Positions 1 to 11,376 of a stretch of DNA of 64,000 bases are shown one piece after another. Under the pieces are notes generated by a model. It had not been told where the DNA came from. It did no database searches and worked only from the letters and a program-made list of their open reading frames with translations. The translations under genes and the position numbers were made by a program. This DNA is from Eledone cirrhosa. Its lineage: Eukaryota. The stretch's first letter is position 1. Each line of letters starts with the position of its first letter. The stretch spans positions 359,104,001-359,168,000 of the forward strand of contig OZ024742.1 in the NCBI GenBank assembly GCA_964016885.1, read 5' to 3'.

Positions 1-407
1 AGTCTTGTACTGTGTTATTGTTCAGATTAAAAAAATGTGTTACTTCTTCTATTCTTCTTATGGTTGTTATTCATACTACTGCTTACTGTGGTTCACAGGA
101 AGTAATAATGTCCAGCATAGAAATAACCTGAACAATAACATGGTCATCTTGTTACGAATAGGCAGATCTCGCTTAATACAGCCTCGAAAGAAGAATAATG
201 CTTGCCTATAGCAGGCAATAGATACACCCAGGACACCGTCGTGAAATACAAATATATGGAACATTACATTCATGTAACCATCTTTCTTTACCTTATTTTA
301 TATTCCTTATTCCATCGTACCTTTATTAATATTTTCATTATCTCTTTTGAAGTTCTGAAGAGACGCTTCATTTTTACCTACGTTAATTATATTCATCTGA
401 ACCAGAT

Positions 408-600
408 CAATAATTGTTTCTACTTTAGGCACAAGGCCAGAAATTACCCAGTACATTACTGGTACTTTATTTTATCGACCCCGTAAGGATGAAAGGCAAA
501 GTTAACCTCGGCAGGATTTGAACTCAGACTGTAAAGGGACGTAACTATGCTAGAAAGCATGGCGTCCAACCCTCTACCGATACTGCCAATTCACCGCCCT
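408..600 (-). mobile_element. tRNA-derived SINE with a Meta-domain-like core
   Basis: The minus strand reads a tRNA-like head with B box GAGTTCAAATCC (514-525), then GAGGTTAACTTTGCCTTTCATCCTTACGGGGTCGATAAAATAAAGTACCAGT, which resembles the MetaSINE core. Related degenerate copies lie at about 35215 and 54780. Confidence 0.7.
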
Positions 601-629
601 GAACCAGATCAATAGATCAATAAAAGCAT

Positions 630-1317
630 TATTATTATGATTGTTCTTTGAGTCTCAGTCATTGATGTTAGTTAACTGGAAAGTTTGTTGAAATGAATAT
701 CAAGCCACTACCTGCAGCCTCAGATATTCAGGACATATCGGAGGTTTCTTGCTGTTCCCAGCAAGCATGCCTTTTGAAGCGTTCCAAAAAGCGTGAAGGG
801 GCCGATTTTCTTTAACCATCCCTGGAAACTTTTGGAGATAGTCCCCAGTGCGCCTATGACAATCGGGATCACTTTGACTTCATGGCAGTTCCAAATCCAT
901 TTTACCTCCCACTTTAAGTCCTGGTATCGGTTAATTTTCTCCCTCTCCTTCTCTTGCACTCTCGTGTCGAATGGGCAGGCCACATCCACAATCAGACACG
1001 ATCTTTTTTCTTTGTCCACAACCACCAGGTCAGGTCTATTGTGTTCCAGTTTCTTGTCCGTCTGTATCCTAAAATCCCACAGCACCTTCACCTGATTGTT
1101 CTCCAACACCGCCTCTGGCCTATGCTCATACCATTTCTCAGAATGTGGTAAATTGTTCACTTTGCACAGGTGCCAGTGGATCACCCTGCCCATCACATCA
1201 TGTCTCCAGCCCTTATAGTGGGTCTGGGCTAGGTGTTTACACTCGGATACAATGTGAGCCACAGTCTCCAGATCCTGCACAGTGGGCTAGCCTCCTCCTT
1301 GTAAATATGGTGTTTCA

Positions 1318-1318
<1 letters not shown>
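630..1318 (-). mobile_element. RLE non-LTR retrotransposon family A (R4/Dong-like), 5'-truncated copy A1
   Basis: ORF 720..1280 carries part of the CCHC finger (ETVAHIVSEC), RHD and the RLE motif NRPDLVVVD...IVDVACP...EKINRY, and ends RYVLNI*. The 3' UTR is shared with A2-A5. Flanked by TTA repeats. Confidence 0.9.

Positions 1319-1349
<31 letters not shown>
1318..1349. repeat. (TTA)n spacer
   Basis: Pure TAT repeats between A1 and B1. Confidence 0.95.
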
Positions 1350-1350
<1 letters not shown>

Positions 1351-4300
1351 AGTTGCATTTATCTTGCTTTATGTTCATACGAGTTATCACCAAGTCACAA
1401 CCAGTGACCTCAAGAGACAACAAGGTCCGCCATGTTCAAGAAAGAACATACATATTCACACATGCATCTTTAGTGTTTAGACTTGTGATGTACTTATATT
1501 GAAAGAATCTTCCTTAGTATATAGGCAGTTCCCATTAGTACTATCTTTTGTATTTCTCCTATACGCGGGTTTCCTGGGATTTGCGATAGGTAATCATTAG
1601 ACCCCTTAGATATCATTCCCAGAGCGCCTACAACCACTGGTATTGTTTTAGTTCTCAATTTCCACATTTTTCCAATTTCTATCTCCAGGTCCTTATACTT
1701 GCTCAATTTTTCAAATGTTTTTATAGATACATTCTTGTCTATTGGAACAGACATATCAATTAGCAGGCATACCCTCCTTTGAAAGTCCTTCAATATTATA
1801 TCAGGTCTATTTGCATCTATTGTTCGGTCTGTTTGGATGCTAAAGTTCCACAAGATTGAGATGTGATCTTTTTCAAGTATGGGAGGTGGTTGATGCTCCC
1901 ACCAATTCTTTTGATGGGGCAGGTCAAAATGCTTACACATTATCCAATGTATGTATTGTGCAGCTCTGTCATGCCTGTTTAGGTATTCGGTTGGAGCTAT
2001 AGGACTGCACATTGAAATTATATGGTCAATGGTCTCTGCAGAATAAAAGCGGTGATAAAGAGTCACCCTGAAAAATTTCACAATTAATGTTAACTTCTCC
2101 AGCTTCCAGTGATTTTGTTTCACTATTCCAAAGGAGTGTCGTTCTCCATGTCCTCATACTGAATGACAAAAACCTCCTGACAACGGGGCATATTTTGAAA
2201 ATCTCTAAACATTTTTCAATCCAACTGTGTGGCAAACTATCGAATGCTTTTTTATAATCTATCCAAGCAATCGATAGATTTTTGTGTCTATTATGACAAT
2301 CTTCCAGTATCATTTTGTTAACCAGAAGCTGATCCTTACAGCCATATGAGCCTCGTTTACACCCTTTCTGCTCAATGGGAAATAGGTCATTTGTTATCAG
2401 GTGGTCATATGTGTATTCAGTTAGGACTGATGTTAAAATTTTATACATTGTGGTCAAGCAGGTTATCGGTCTGTAATTTTTGGGATTGTTTGTCTCATCA
2501 TTCTTCGGTAGCAGGAATGTAATGCCGTTAACTAGCCATGATGGTATCTTTTCTGGCTCCTTAACTATTTCATTGTAAATTTGGGCTAAGCGCTCATGAG
2601 ACTCTGTGAAGGCATTTATCCAAAAGTTTTGTATTTTGTCTTTTCCTGGGGATTTCCATTTGCTGGTTTTTCTTAGAGCCAAGTGCAGCTGTTCAACTGT
2701 TATATTTTCCCATGTTTGTTCTTCAAGGTGAGCTGTTTCTTTCATTTGTCTGTCTATCCATGGGGCATGTATGTTATGAACTTTTTCTTCGGCCCAGATC
2801 TTTTCCCAGAATTCTTGTACTTCCTCCTTGGGTGGTATTGATTTAGCAGTTATTGTTGACTTACCAATTTTTCTGTAGAAGTTTCTTTGGTTGTTTTTGA
2901 ACATATTATTGTCCTTATAGAATCTAGATCGTTTTTCAAAGCGTCTTATACGAGCAGCTTTGGCCGACACTTTTTGCTTGATTGTTTCTATCAGCATGTC
3001 TATGTCACATGTTGATCTTATACTGTACTTTTTTTTCAATTTTCTAAGTTTAGTGTGTTTAACATGTTCACCTACTTTATAGTTTGTTAAAATTTCTATG
3101 TCAGATCGGAGAAGGTTTATTTGGCGATTGATGTTATCTTGCCAAGTAGATTTCTTGTGGGAATTCCTTTGTTTTTTCATCTTCACTCCACATAAGTGAG
3201 TGGTGACTTTAGCCGATGCATAATAGAGATGATTTAAGTCAGTAATGTTTAGTTTGTTTGTGATGATAATGTTTTTGAGAATTATGTTAGTCTTGTGTAT
3301 TATCTTTTGGTTGTGTTTGGAGTTCTGGATCTTAGGGAGGGTGTCTCGTTGCCTCATGTCAGATTCTTTCATTTTCATCCATTCGATCATAATTTCATCC
3401 TTCAAGTTGGCAAGTTCATTCTCATTCATTTCTTTATCATTTACGATCTCATTATTTTCATTTGGAGTTTCATCCTGAGCATGCACTCCCTCCACTTTTT
3501 CGCTCCTTTCTTTAATTTGTTCTGTTGCCAGTGATTCCGCCCCAACCCTGGGATTCGAAGTGTTACAGTTTACCTCGTTTTCACTGACATATGCTTCATT
3601 TTCCCTTCGCTGACTTTGTGCTACTAGCTTGATCTGATCAATTTCTATATCAGTTAGTAACTTTTTTCTTACAATATTTCTTCGTATATTGGCTAGTTTG
3701 TTACTGTCAATATAGCCTCTGTTTTCGGGATGTTTCTTTTTCCAGTTGATATATGTTTGTTCTGTATTCGATGTATTTGATGGGTAGTACATGGCAGTGT
3801 AGAAAGCCTCAAGGACTTCTTTATTATCTTCCCTTGACCATTTTTCTCTCTTTTTTTTTGGATTTCTTGGTGGTGAGCATGGAGGGCCAACAGTAGGAGT
3901 ATTCCGGTTATGGGAGGTCTCCAGCTCCGAAGTGATGGGAAGGTTTGAACCATTAGCTGATTTTTCGACCCCAGTCTGGTTCCTCTCTGAGGGACGCGGC
4001 CCTTTTTTACCCGGGTGACGGCCGATCCGGTATGAGATTTTATCATTAGACATTTACTTTATTTTGTCGCGTTTTATCCTTATCCGCCAAGGGGTAATCA
4101 TTTCGTGTTACCACTTCTAGAACGAGTGTCAACCAAGACTAGAGGGGTCGTTCTCCCCTAGAGACATGGCTATTCCCCGCCGGCCACCATCCCGGTATTT
4201 CTTGGTCACGGGGTTTTCTTTTTGTTGTTTTTTTTTAAATTGTTATTATCATGAGTGGTTCCTTAATGTGAGCATTGCGTGGCTTAAGAATGAAATTATT

Positions 4301-4978
4301 AATAATTGTTTCCACTCCAGGCACAAGGCCAGCAATCACCCAGTGCATTACAATAATATAATATACTTTTTGTTGTAGTTGGCTGTTATTGTTGTTGGCT
4401 ATGTCGGTGGTGGTGCCGGGGCTTTTTATATTGTTGGTGAGGAAGGGGTGAGCCAGCAGTCCCATAATTGTTGATGTAGACGTTTGGCCGGTGGGTGGCA
4501 AGGTCACCAAGTCAATCTATTTATATCTTTTGCTAGCCTCTCTCTTGTCTAGTGCTACCGCCACCTTCCCTTTTCTCTCTCAAGTTAATAGGGGAATAGT
4601 GTCAGTAGCATTGAATGAGTGGTGGCGGCGATGATGGATGTGGTGGGGTGGTGGCAGCGGTGGTGTTGTGGTTACTGATATAGTATCTATGAGTTTGTGT
4701 TCGTATGTTTAATATATATTTTTATTATATTTTGTGTTGACATATTCCCGTAAAATTTGAATTAAACATTTTTTAAAATTTGAGACAATAATAATAGTAA
4801 TTATTATTATGATGCTGGTGAAATTGCCGTTATCTGGCTGTTATATTTAGTGTGATGGGATAGGTAGTGTATCAAGTTTCTGGTGTTGGTGAAATTGAAA
4901 TTGCTGCTGTTCTATATAGTGTAGACAGAGGGTGTTTTGTTCCATTTATAACCATTTTCTTTTTTTGAATACAAAATA
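1350..4978 (-). mobile_element. RLE non-LTR retrotransposon family B (R4/Dong-like), copy B1 with an internal deletion of about 1.1 kb
   Basis: ORF 2026..4053 has RT motifs KSPGKD, NYRPITCL, QKGCK, IDYKKAFDS and FQGDSLSPLLF. It is fused by deletion to the RLE C-terminus (RHD, NRPDIIL, IDMSVP, EKLSKY, ending KILSI* at 1494). Nearly identical to B3. Confidence 0.92.
2026..4053 (-). pseudogene. Family B ORF N-terminal part and RT domain, truncated by deletion
   Basis: 675-aa ORF collinear with 23252..25498 until LLFC, where it jumps to the CCHC/RLE region out of frame. Confidence 0.88.
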
Positions 4979-5003
4979 TTATTATTATTATTATTATTAT
5001 TAT
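4978..5003. repeat. (TTA)n spacer
   Basis: ATT repeats between B1 and T1. Confidence 0.95.
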
Positions 5004-6938
5004 TCGATAGGGTCGACGATCGGTATCTGGAGTTTGTCCTCAAAGCAGCTGGCTTCGGCCCTGTCTTTAGAAGCTGGATCGTTGCAATGCACAGCGGCAC
5101 ACGCTCGGTGGTCAAAGTGGTCACCTCTCGGTGGTCACCTCTCGGAACCATTTCGGCTCTCCCGATCGGTCCGTCAAGGGTGCCCTCTCTCTTCCCTTCT
5201 GTACGTATTGACTCTCGAGCATTTACTGCGGAAGCTGGAGCTGTTGCAGGGCATCCCGCTCGAACCGGGACGTGGAAAGGCGGTGTTGGCTTATGCGGAC
5301 GACATCACCGTGATGGTGTCGAACACCTCAGAAATCGAGGTGGTCGGCACCTTATTGAAAGAATATGAAAGGTTGACAGGAGCCAAACTTAACCCGGAAA
5401 AGTCGGTGGGCTTGCAGCTCGGAACCTGGAGAGGCAAGCCCATGCCGTCCAACAGCGTCGTGGGGCGCTGGACGGACGGACCAGTAAAGTTGCTCGGGGT
5501 TTGGTTCGGACCAGACCTCCAGGTGGAAAAGAATTGGGACGAGGTAACGAGCAGAGTAGCCAGTCTCACCCAAAAATGGGCTGGGAGGAAGCTATCACTG
5601 AAAGGTCGCGCGGAGGTGGCGAATGCGTACATCGCGTCCGTCATCTATTACCGCGTAACCGTCGTGCCTTGCCCCCGTCCACGCCTCGTCAAGTTGGAAC
5701 GGCTCCTCTTCAAATTCTTGTGGAGGGGACAAGTTCCGTTGGTGAGGCGGTCCATCTGCTGCCAGCACCCTCTACGCGGAGGGCTGGGCATGCCGTGGCT
5801 AATGATGCGCAGACATGCGTTGAGGCTGCGACATCTCCAGATATTCTGCCTCAATGGTGAACAGGTGTGGTCGCCGTTTATCAGACGGGCCTTTCCGCAG
5901 CTCATTTCTTTGACTGAGCTGCAGTCCTGGGTCAAGAAGAGACCGAGACTGGGTGACTGGCACCTGGAATGTTGCCAGGCACTCACTGCCCTCTACAAAG
6001 CGGGCAATGCGATCAGTGGAACTTCCACTCTCGAGTTTTATAGAGGATTAGTGGTGGGCAAGTGCGATGACGCACTCGGAGAAGCTTTGGGCCTCGACGA
6101 AGTCGAACTGACCAGTCTGTACCGAAGGACTTTTGAGCCGGGGACGATGGACAATTTCCAGAAATCCCTCGCTTGGCAGTGCTACCGGGGGGCACTGCCG
6201 GTTTGGGATAAACTCTACAGGCACGTAAGGGCTGTCAGACGGACCTGCCCAAGATGCGCACAGAACGACGAAACCGTTCTGCACGCACTTGTCCAATGTC
6301 CGTGCATTACTGACTTGTGGAGTTATGTCGAACAGCTACTGTCGCGTGTGGAACGAATCCAGTTATCGGCCGAGTCCATAGTGAAGATCGAGCCGCCACC
6401 TTCCTTAGGTCAGGAAGAGCAGGACATTTTCCTCTGTCCGGTGGCAGTTGCGAAAGAGATTATATGGTGAACAAGGTTGAAAGGACTAAAGACAGACACT
6501 TTTCTCTTCGGCCAATCCCTCATCAACTTCATCAAGTTTCACCTGGAAAGGAGGGTGAGGGTGGAGAGAGAAGTGCTGCCCCTCAGTACATTTGCTAAAA
6601 GGTGGGTGAATGCGGCAAGAATGGCTCGTGTGAATAGGCCTACTCTGACCATGCGCCTATAGGCTAGCTAACTTGAGGAGAGGGGTGCTCTCCTGGGTGC
6701 CCTAGAAGCGCAGGGTGGTTCAGGATTGGTGGGGTACCCGAATCACCCCAGGGTCGTCCACCCCCTATCGGGGAATTTATTTTGTTATATTTTGCATAGT
6801 TTATTTTATATTTTATATTTTCATTGTTAAATTAGTCTTGCCATTGTGCACTTTTACTCGACCTTATTGTAAACCCCACTGTCCCTGTCTTTGTATTGTC
6901 CCCTACATGTCGGCCCTTGTGGCTAATAAATGAAATCA
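5004..6938 (+). mobile_element. Tx1/L1-clade LINE, 5'-truncated copy T1
   Basis: Starts inside RT at the DRVD motif. Contains SVRQGCPLS, AYADDI and the C-terminal zinc finger CPRC...ETVLHALVQC. Premature stop at 6470. The 3' UTR has AATAAA at 6925-6930, followed by (ATT)n. Confidence 0.9.
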
Positions 6939-6967
6939 TTATTATTATTATTATTGTTATTGTTATT

Positions 6968-7270
6968 CCTTGAATCTCAGTCATTGATGTTGGTTAACTG
7001 GAAAGTCCGTTGGATTGAATATCAAGCCACTACCTGCAGCCTCAGATATTCAGGACGTATCGGAGGGTTCTTGCTGTTCCAAGCAAGCATGCCTTTTGAA
7101 GCGTTCCAAAAAGTGTGAAGGGGCCGATTTTCTTTAACCATCCCTGGAAACCTTTGGAGATAGTCCCCAGTGCGCCTATGACAATCGGGATCACTTTGAC
7201 TTCATGGCAGTTCCAAATCCTTTTCACCTCCCACTTTAGGTCCTGGTATCGGTTAATTTTCTCCCTCTCC
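6968..7270 (-). mobile_element. Family A RLE element, short 3' fragment A2
   Basis: Encodes the last ~75 aa ending RYVLNI* plus the family A 3' UTR. Bounded by (TTA)n at 6938-6967 and 7271-7336. Confidence 0.9.
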
Positions 7271-7336
<66 letters not shown>

Positions 7337-7345
7337 CACCATTAC

Positions 7346-9090
7346 TCTTTGAGTCTCAGTCATTGATGTTAGTTAACTGGAAAGTTTGTTGAAATGAATA
7401 TGAAGCCACTACCTGCAGCCTCAGATATTCAGGACGTATCGGAAGTTTCTTGCTGTTCCCAGCAAGCATGCCTTTTGAAGAGTTCCAAAAAGCGTGAAGG
7501 GGCCAATTTTCTTTAACCATACTTGGACACTTTTTGAAATAGTACCTAGTGCGCCTATGACAATCGGGACCACTTTGATTTCATGCCAGTTCCAAATCCT
7601 TTTTACCTCCCACTTTAAGTCCTGGTATCGGTTAATTTTCTCAGCCCTTATAGTGAGTCTGGGCTAGGTGTTTACACTCGGATACAATGTGAGCCACAGT
7701 CTCCTCTCTCTCTCCACAGATCCTGCACAGTGGGCTAGCCTCCTCCTTGTAAATATGGTATTTCAACCACTTCGTTTTGAGGGCCTGCTCCTGCGCAGCC
7801 ATTAACATTCCTTCTGTAGCCTTTTTAAGGTCTCCTCTTTTCAACCAGTTCCATGTCTGTTGATCTCTAAATTCAGTTTTCTCAAAGAAGGTACCATGAA
7901 GGGATTTTTCCTGAAGGCTGCTCTTTCTCCTTGATGTTATTTCCTCCTTGGACATCCCCTGGCCTATTGTCCCCTCCTTCAGTACAGTTCTGAGCATTGG
8001 CTCCTTACTATCAGTCACGTATTTGTGTAGGTTGTTTTTCTCCATCTGAACACAGTCCTCTATGCTGATAAGACCTCTTCCACCTTCAGATCTCCTTAAG
8101 TAGAGTCTATCGATATCACTCCTCTTGTGGAACATGTTGTAGATAGCCAATAGCTTCCTAGTGTTCCTATCCATTTATTTTTGTTCAGCAACATTCCATC
8201 TCAGAATTCCCGCACTGTACATAATAATAGACACAGCTCGGGAATTTACTGCACTTATGGCATTCCTACTGTTCAGATGTGACTTTAATACGCTCCTTAC
8301 TCTCCGAATGTATTCAGTTCTTATCAATTCCTTCATTTTTTTGTTCTTGATGTCATCAGCCTCCAGAACACCCAAATACTTGTATCCTTCTTCAGAGTCA
8401 ATTTCCTTTATCATCTCACCTGTTCGTACCTGGATTCCGTTACTTCTGCTCAACTTACCCCTCTTCCTCACAATGACTCCACACTTACTAATACCAAATT
8501 GCATACATATATCGCTGAAAATACGGACAGTGTCAACAAGCACATCCAATTCCTTCTAACTCTTCCTGAAGAGCTTAAGATCGTCCATGAAGAGGAGGTG
8601 ATTGATGGTAAGCCCTCCCTTTCCCAACCTGTATCCTGCTCTCACTTTTCGCAGTACACTGGTCAGGGGCATCAGGGCAAGGACAAACAGCAGAGGGGAC
8701 AGACTATCTCCCTGGAAGATACCCCTCTTGATCTTCACGCTTCCCAAGGATTCTCCAGTTGATGTTAACTCTGTTTCCCAGGACTTCATACTTTTGCCCA
8801 ACAACTGTCTGATGTTATCTGCCACCTTGAAGATCTCCAGGCTTTTGGTGATCCAAGAATGAAGCACCATGTCAAATGCCTTTTTGTAGTCTATTCATCC
8901 CATGGCAAGACCAGTGTGTCTCCACTTGCAATTCCTCATTACCATTTTATCAATAAGTAACTGGTCCTTTGTACCACGTGACTTCTTTCGGCATCCTTTC
9001 TGTTTGTCCGGTAACAAGTTGTTTGTGTGGAGGTGATGGTAGATTTCCTCAGACATAATGCTTGTCAACAGTTTCCACATTACGGACAGG

Positions 9091-9091
<1 letters not shown>
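7346..9091 (-). mobile_element. Family A RLE element, 5'-truncated decayed copy A3
   Basis: RT pieces [40 protein letters not shown] and YKYLG, then CRIC...HIVSEC. Has in-frame stops and an internal deletion at 7640/7641. Confidence 0.9.

Positions 9092-9139
<48 letters not shown>
9092..9139. repeat. (TTA)n spacer
   Basis: Pure ATT repeats between A3 and T2. Confidence 0.95.
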
Positions 9140-9626
9140 GGCGACCTACGTAGTAAATCGTATCATCGTGAGCTCCGCAAAGGTTTGTTATTTCCGTTTG
9201 TTAAAAATTGCCATTTATGGAAAATTGTTATTGTTAACCATATATAAGCGCACATACATTGTTTTCCGAAAAGGACACCCAAAAAGATTGGGGCCTTGTG
9301 CCCAAAATTTAAACCTTTATTATTATCAAAAAATTTCTTTGAAAAAAATGGCTAATTCACCTCTGCACCAAGCAGCTGAAAGCCTTCCTCACAAATTAAC
9401 ACCTCACACCGACACCACCATTGTAAATGTTACTACGTTTGCCAAAAAATATAAGCAGTAGCAATATTTTAAATTTGTCTCAGGCAGACATTCATTTCCC
9501 GCCATTACCAATGACTGCAGGTGTTGAAGCCTCCACCACCACCACCACCGCGACAACCACCACCTCCACCACCACCGCGACAACAGAAACAAAAGAAGAA
9601 AAAATAAATTAACTCGTGATGTCGAA

Positions 9627-11342
9627 ATGAAATCAAGCAAAATGGACTCGTCCCCACCAAAGACGACTAACGTCACCACCACCACAACTGAAACTAAAAT
9701 TAATATTAACACAAATAACGATAGCAACAACAACAACAATGACATTATAAAACCGACCCTCAGTTTCGACAGAGTAGCAAAACAGTTCGAAGCATTTACG
9801 GTAACTCAGGAGGATTTAGAAAATGCCAAACAAATGGTAAAGAAAGATGGGTACAGGGTCAGCCTCACCCCCCCCCCCACACCTAATAAAATGGAGCATT
9901 GGCGCCTATGCACCGTGTCGTATAGAACAATAAATGTAAAATCGCGCCGAGTGGAACGGGCATCCGAGTCCCAAATCCAAAAAGCTTTGGGACATGTGTG
10001 GGCAAGGAAAACCCACATCAGACGTGGGCAAAAGTATGGAACCGTGGACGTGTTCTTTGAAACACCAGAGGAGGCTAGAGAACACTCCATGGCGCCATTA
10101 AGAAGTGACGACTTCACACTCGTCCCAAGCTATTGTGGCCAGAGACTCGTAAAGATCAGGGTGACCCACGTTCCACCGGCCATCGAAATTCCCTGGCTAA
10201 TAGCGGCCGTCCTCGCCGGCATCGAAGCCAACACAAAAATAATAGCAATAGCAAAAGAAAAGCAGGAGAACTGGTCCGGATCTGGGATGGAGCTCCTGAT
10301 CCAAGCGGACCAAAAAAGCATTGAGGAGATCCCAGAGGTAATAGACCTCACTGATGGCAGCCACCTCACGGTAATTGTCGAGGGCAGAAGACCTAGGTGT
10401 GTCGTTTGTGGTGAAGGAACCCACCTAAGGGCTTTCTACCCTCAGGCTAAAAGGTTGAGGCCACCTCTCCTACCCACCCCAGTGACACAACCATCCATCA
10501 ACACCACCAGTAGCAGAGATGGCAGCAACAACTGTAGCAGCAACAACAGAAGCGACTATAACAGCAACAACCCCAGCAACAGTAGCAAAACCAACACCAC
10601 CACCACCACCAGCAAAACCAACACCACCACCACCCAACGCTTCAGAACTAGCACCAGCGCCTACACCATCCACCACGCCACAACCAAAACTAACGCCTGT
10701 GGAGGATTTTCCACTCCCCGGCCTATCAAAACTGGAGACAGATTGTGACGACGAGGAGTGGGAAACGATATCCGGAAAAAAAAAAGAAACCAAAAAAGAA
10801 AAAATTCTCTTCCTTCCCCCTCCAAAAACAAAATACAGAGGGAAACAAATAAACTAAGAAACAAAAAAGTTAGGACAGATATGCCACCATCCACACCAGC
10901 ATCACCAACCCCATAAACCCAAACACCAACACCATCACCATCATTAACTCCAACACCACCATCACCTACACCACAAAAGTCACCAAATTGCGAAACAGAA
11001 ACAAACCCACAACAAACGCAAACAAAACAAAACAACCAAAACGATACACACTACACAGCATTAAATTTGAACAACAAGCAATTATTACACTACATCCAAC
11101 ACAACACCAGCATCACAGAAAAAGACTACACAACAACCCCAAAATTCACACCACCTCCACACATATAAATCACTCGCATCACACAGAAAACGTACATGAC
11201 ACTAAAACAAAAATTCCCCAAAGACATCGGAGACTTCCGACAAGCACTCTCCAGGAGGATTTATAAGGACATCCTTCCTGAGGAGGCCACAAGCAGTGAA
11301 AAGGATGGAAAAACCGTCCTTCCCCTACGAGAAGTAAGGTAA
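9627..11342 (+). pseudogene. T2 ORF1 (gag-like nucleic-acid-binding protein), frameshifted
   Basis: The 373-aa segment has a degenerate zinc knuckle RPRCVVCGEGTHLRAFY. A Pro/Thr-rich region continues in other frames (10519..10857). Homologous to T3 ORF1 (ERASESQIQKALGHVWARKTHI vs ERATEAQIQKALGCVWARKTHI). Confidence 0.75.
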
Positions 11343-11376
11343 GTGGTCTTTCCCATCTTTTCCACTCCTTTTCAAC

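Noticed and set aside
514-600. tRNA gene
   Set aside because: The A/B-box-like head continues into a SINE core and no full cloverleaf can be drawn.
4054-4235. HDV-like ribozyme at the family B 5' end
   Set aside because: Stems are present, but I could not assign the nested double pseudoknot, L3 or the J4/2 catalytic C by eye. It is kept only as a structured leader.
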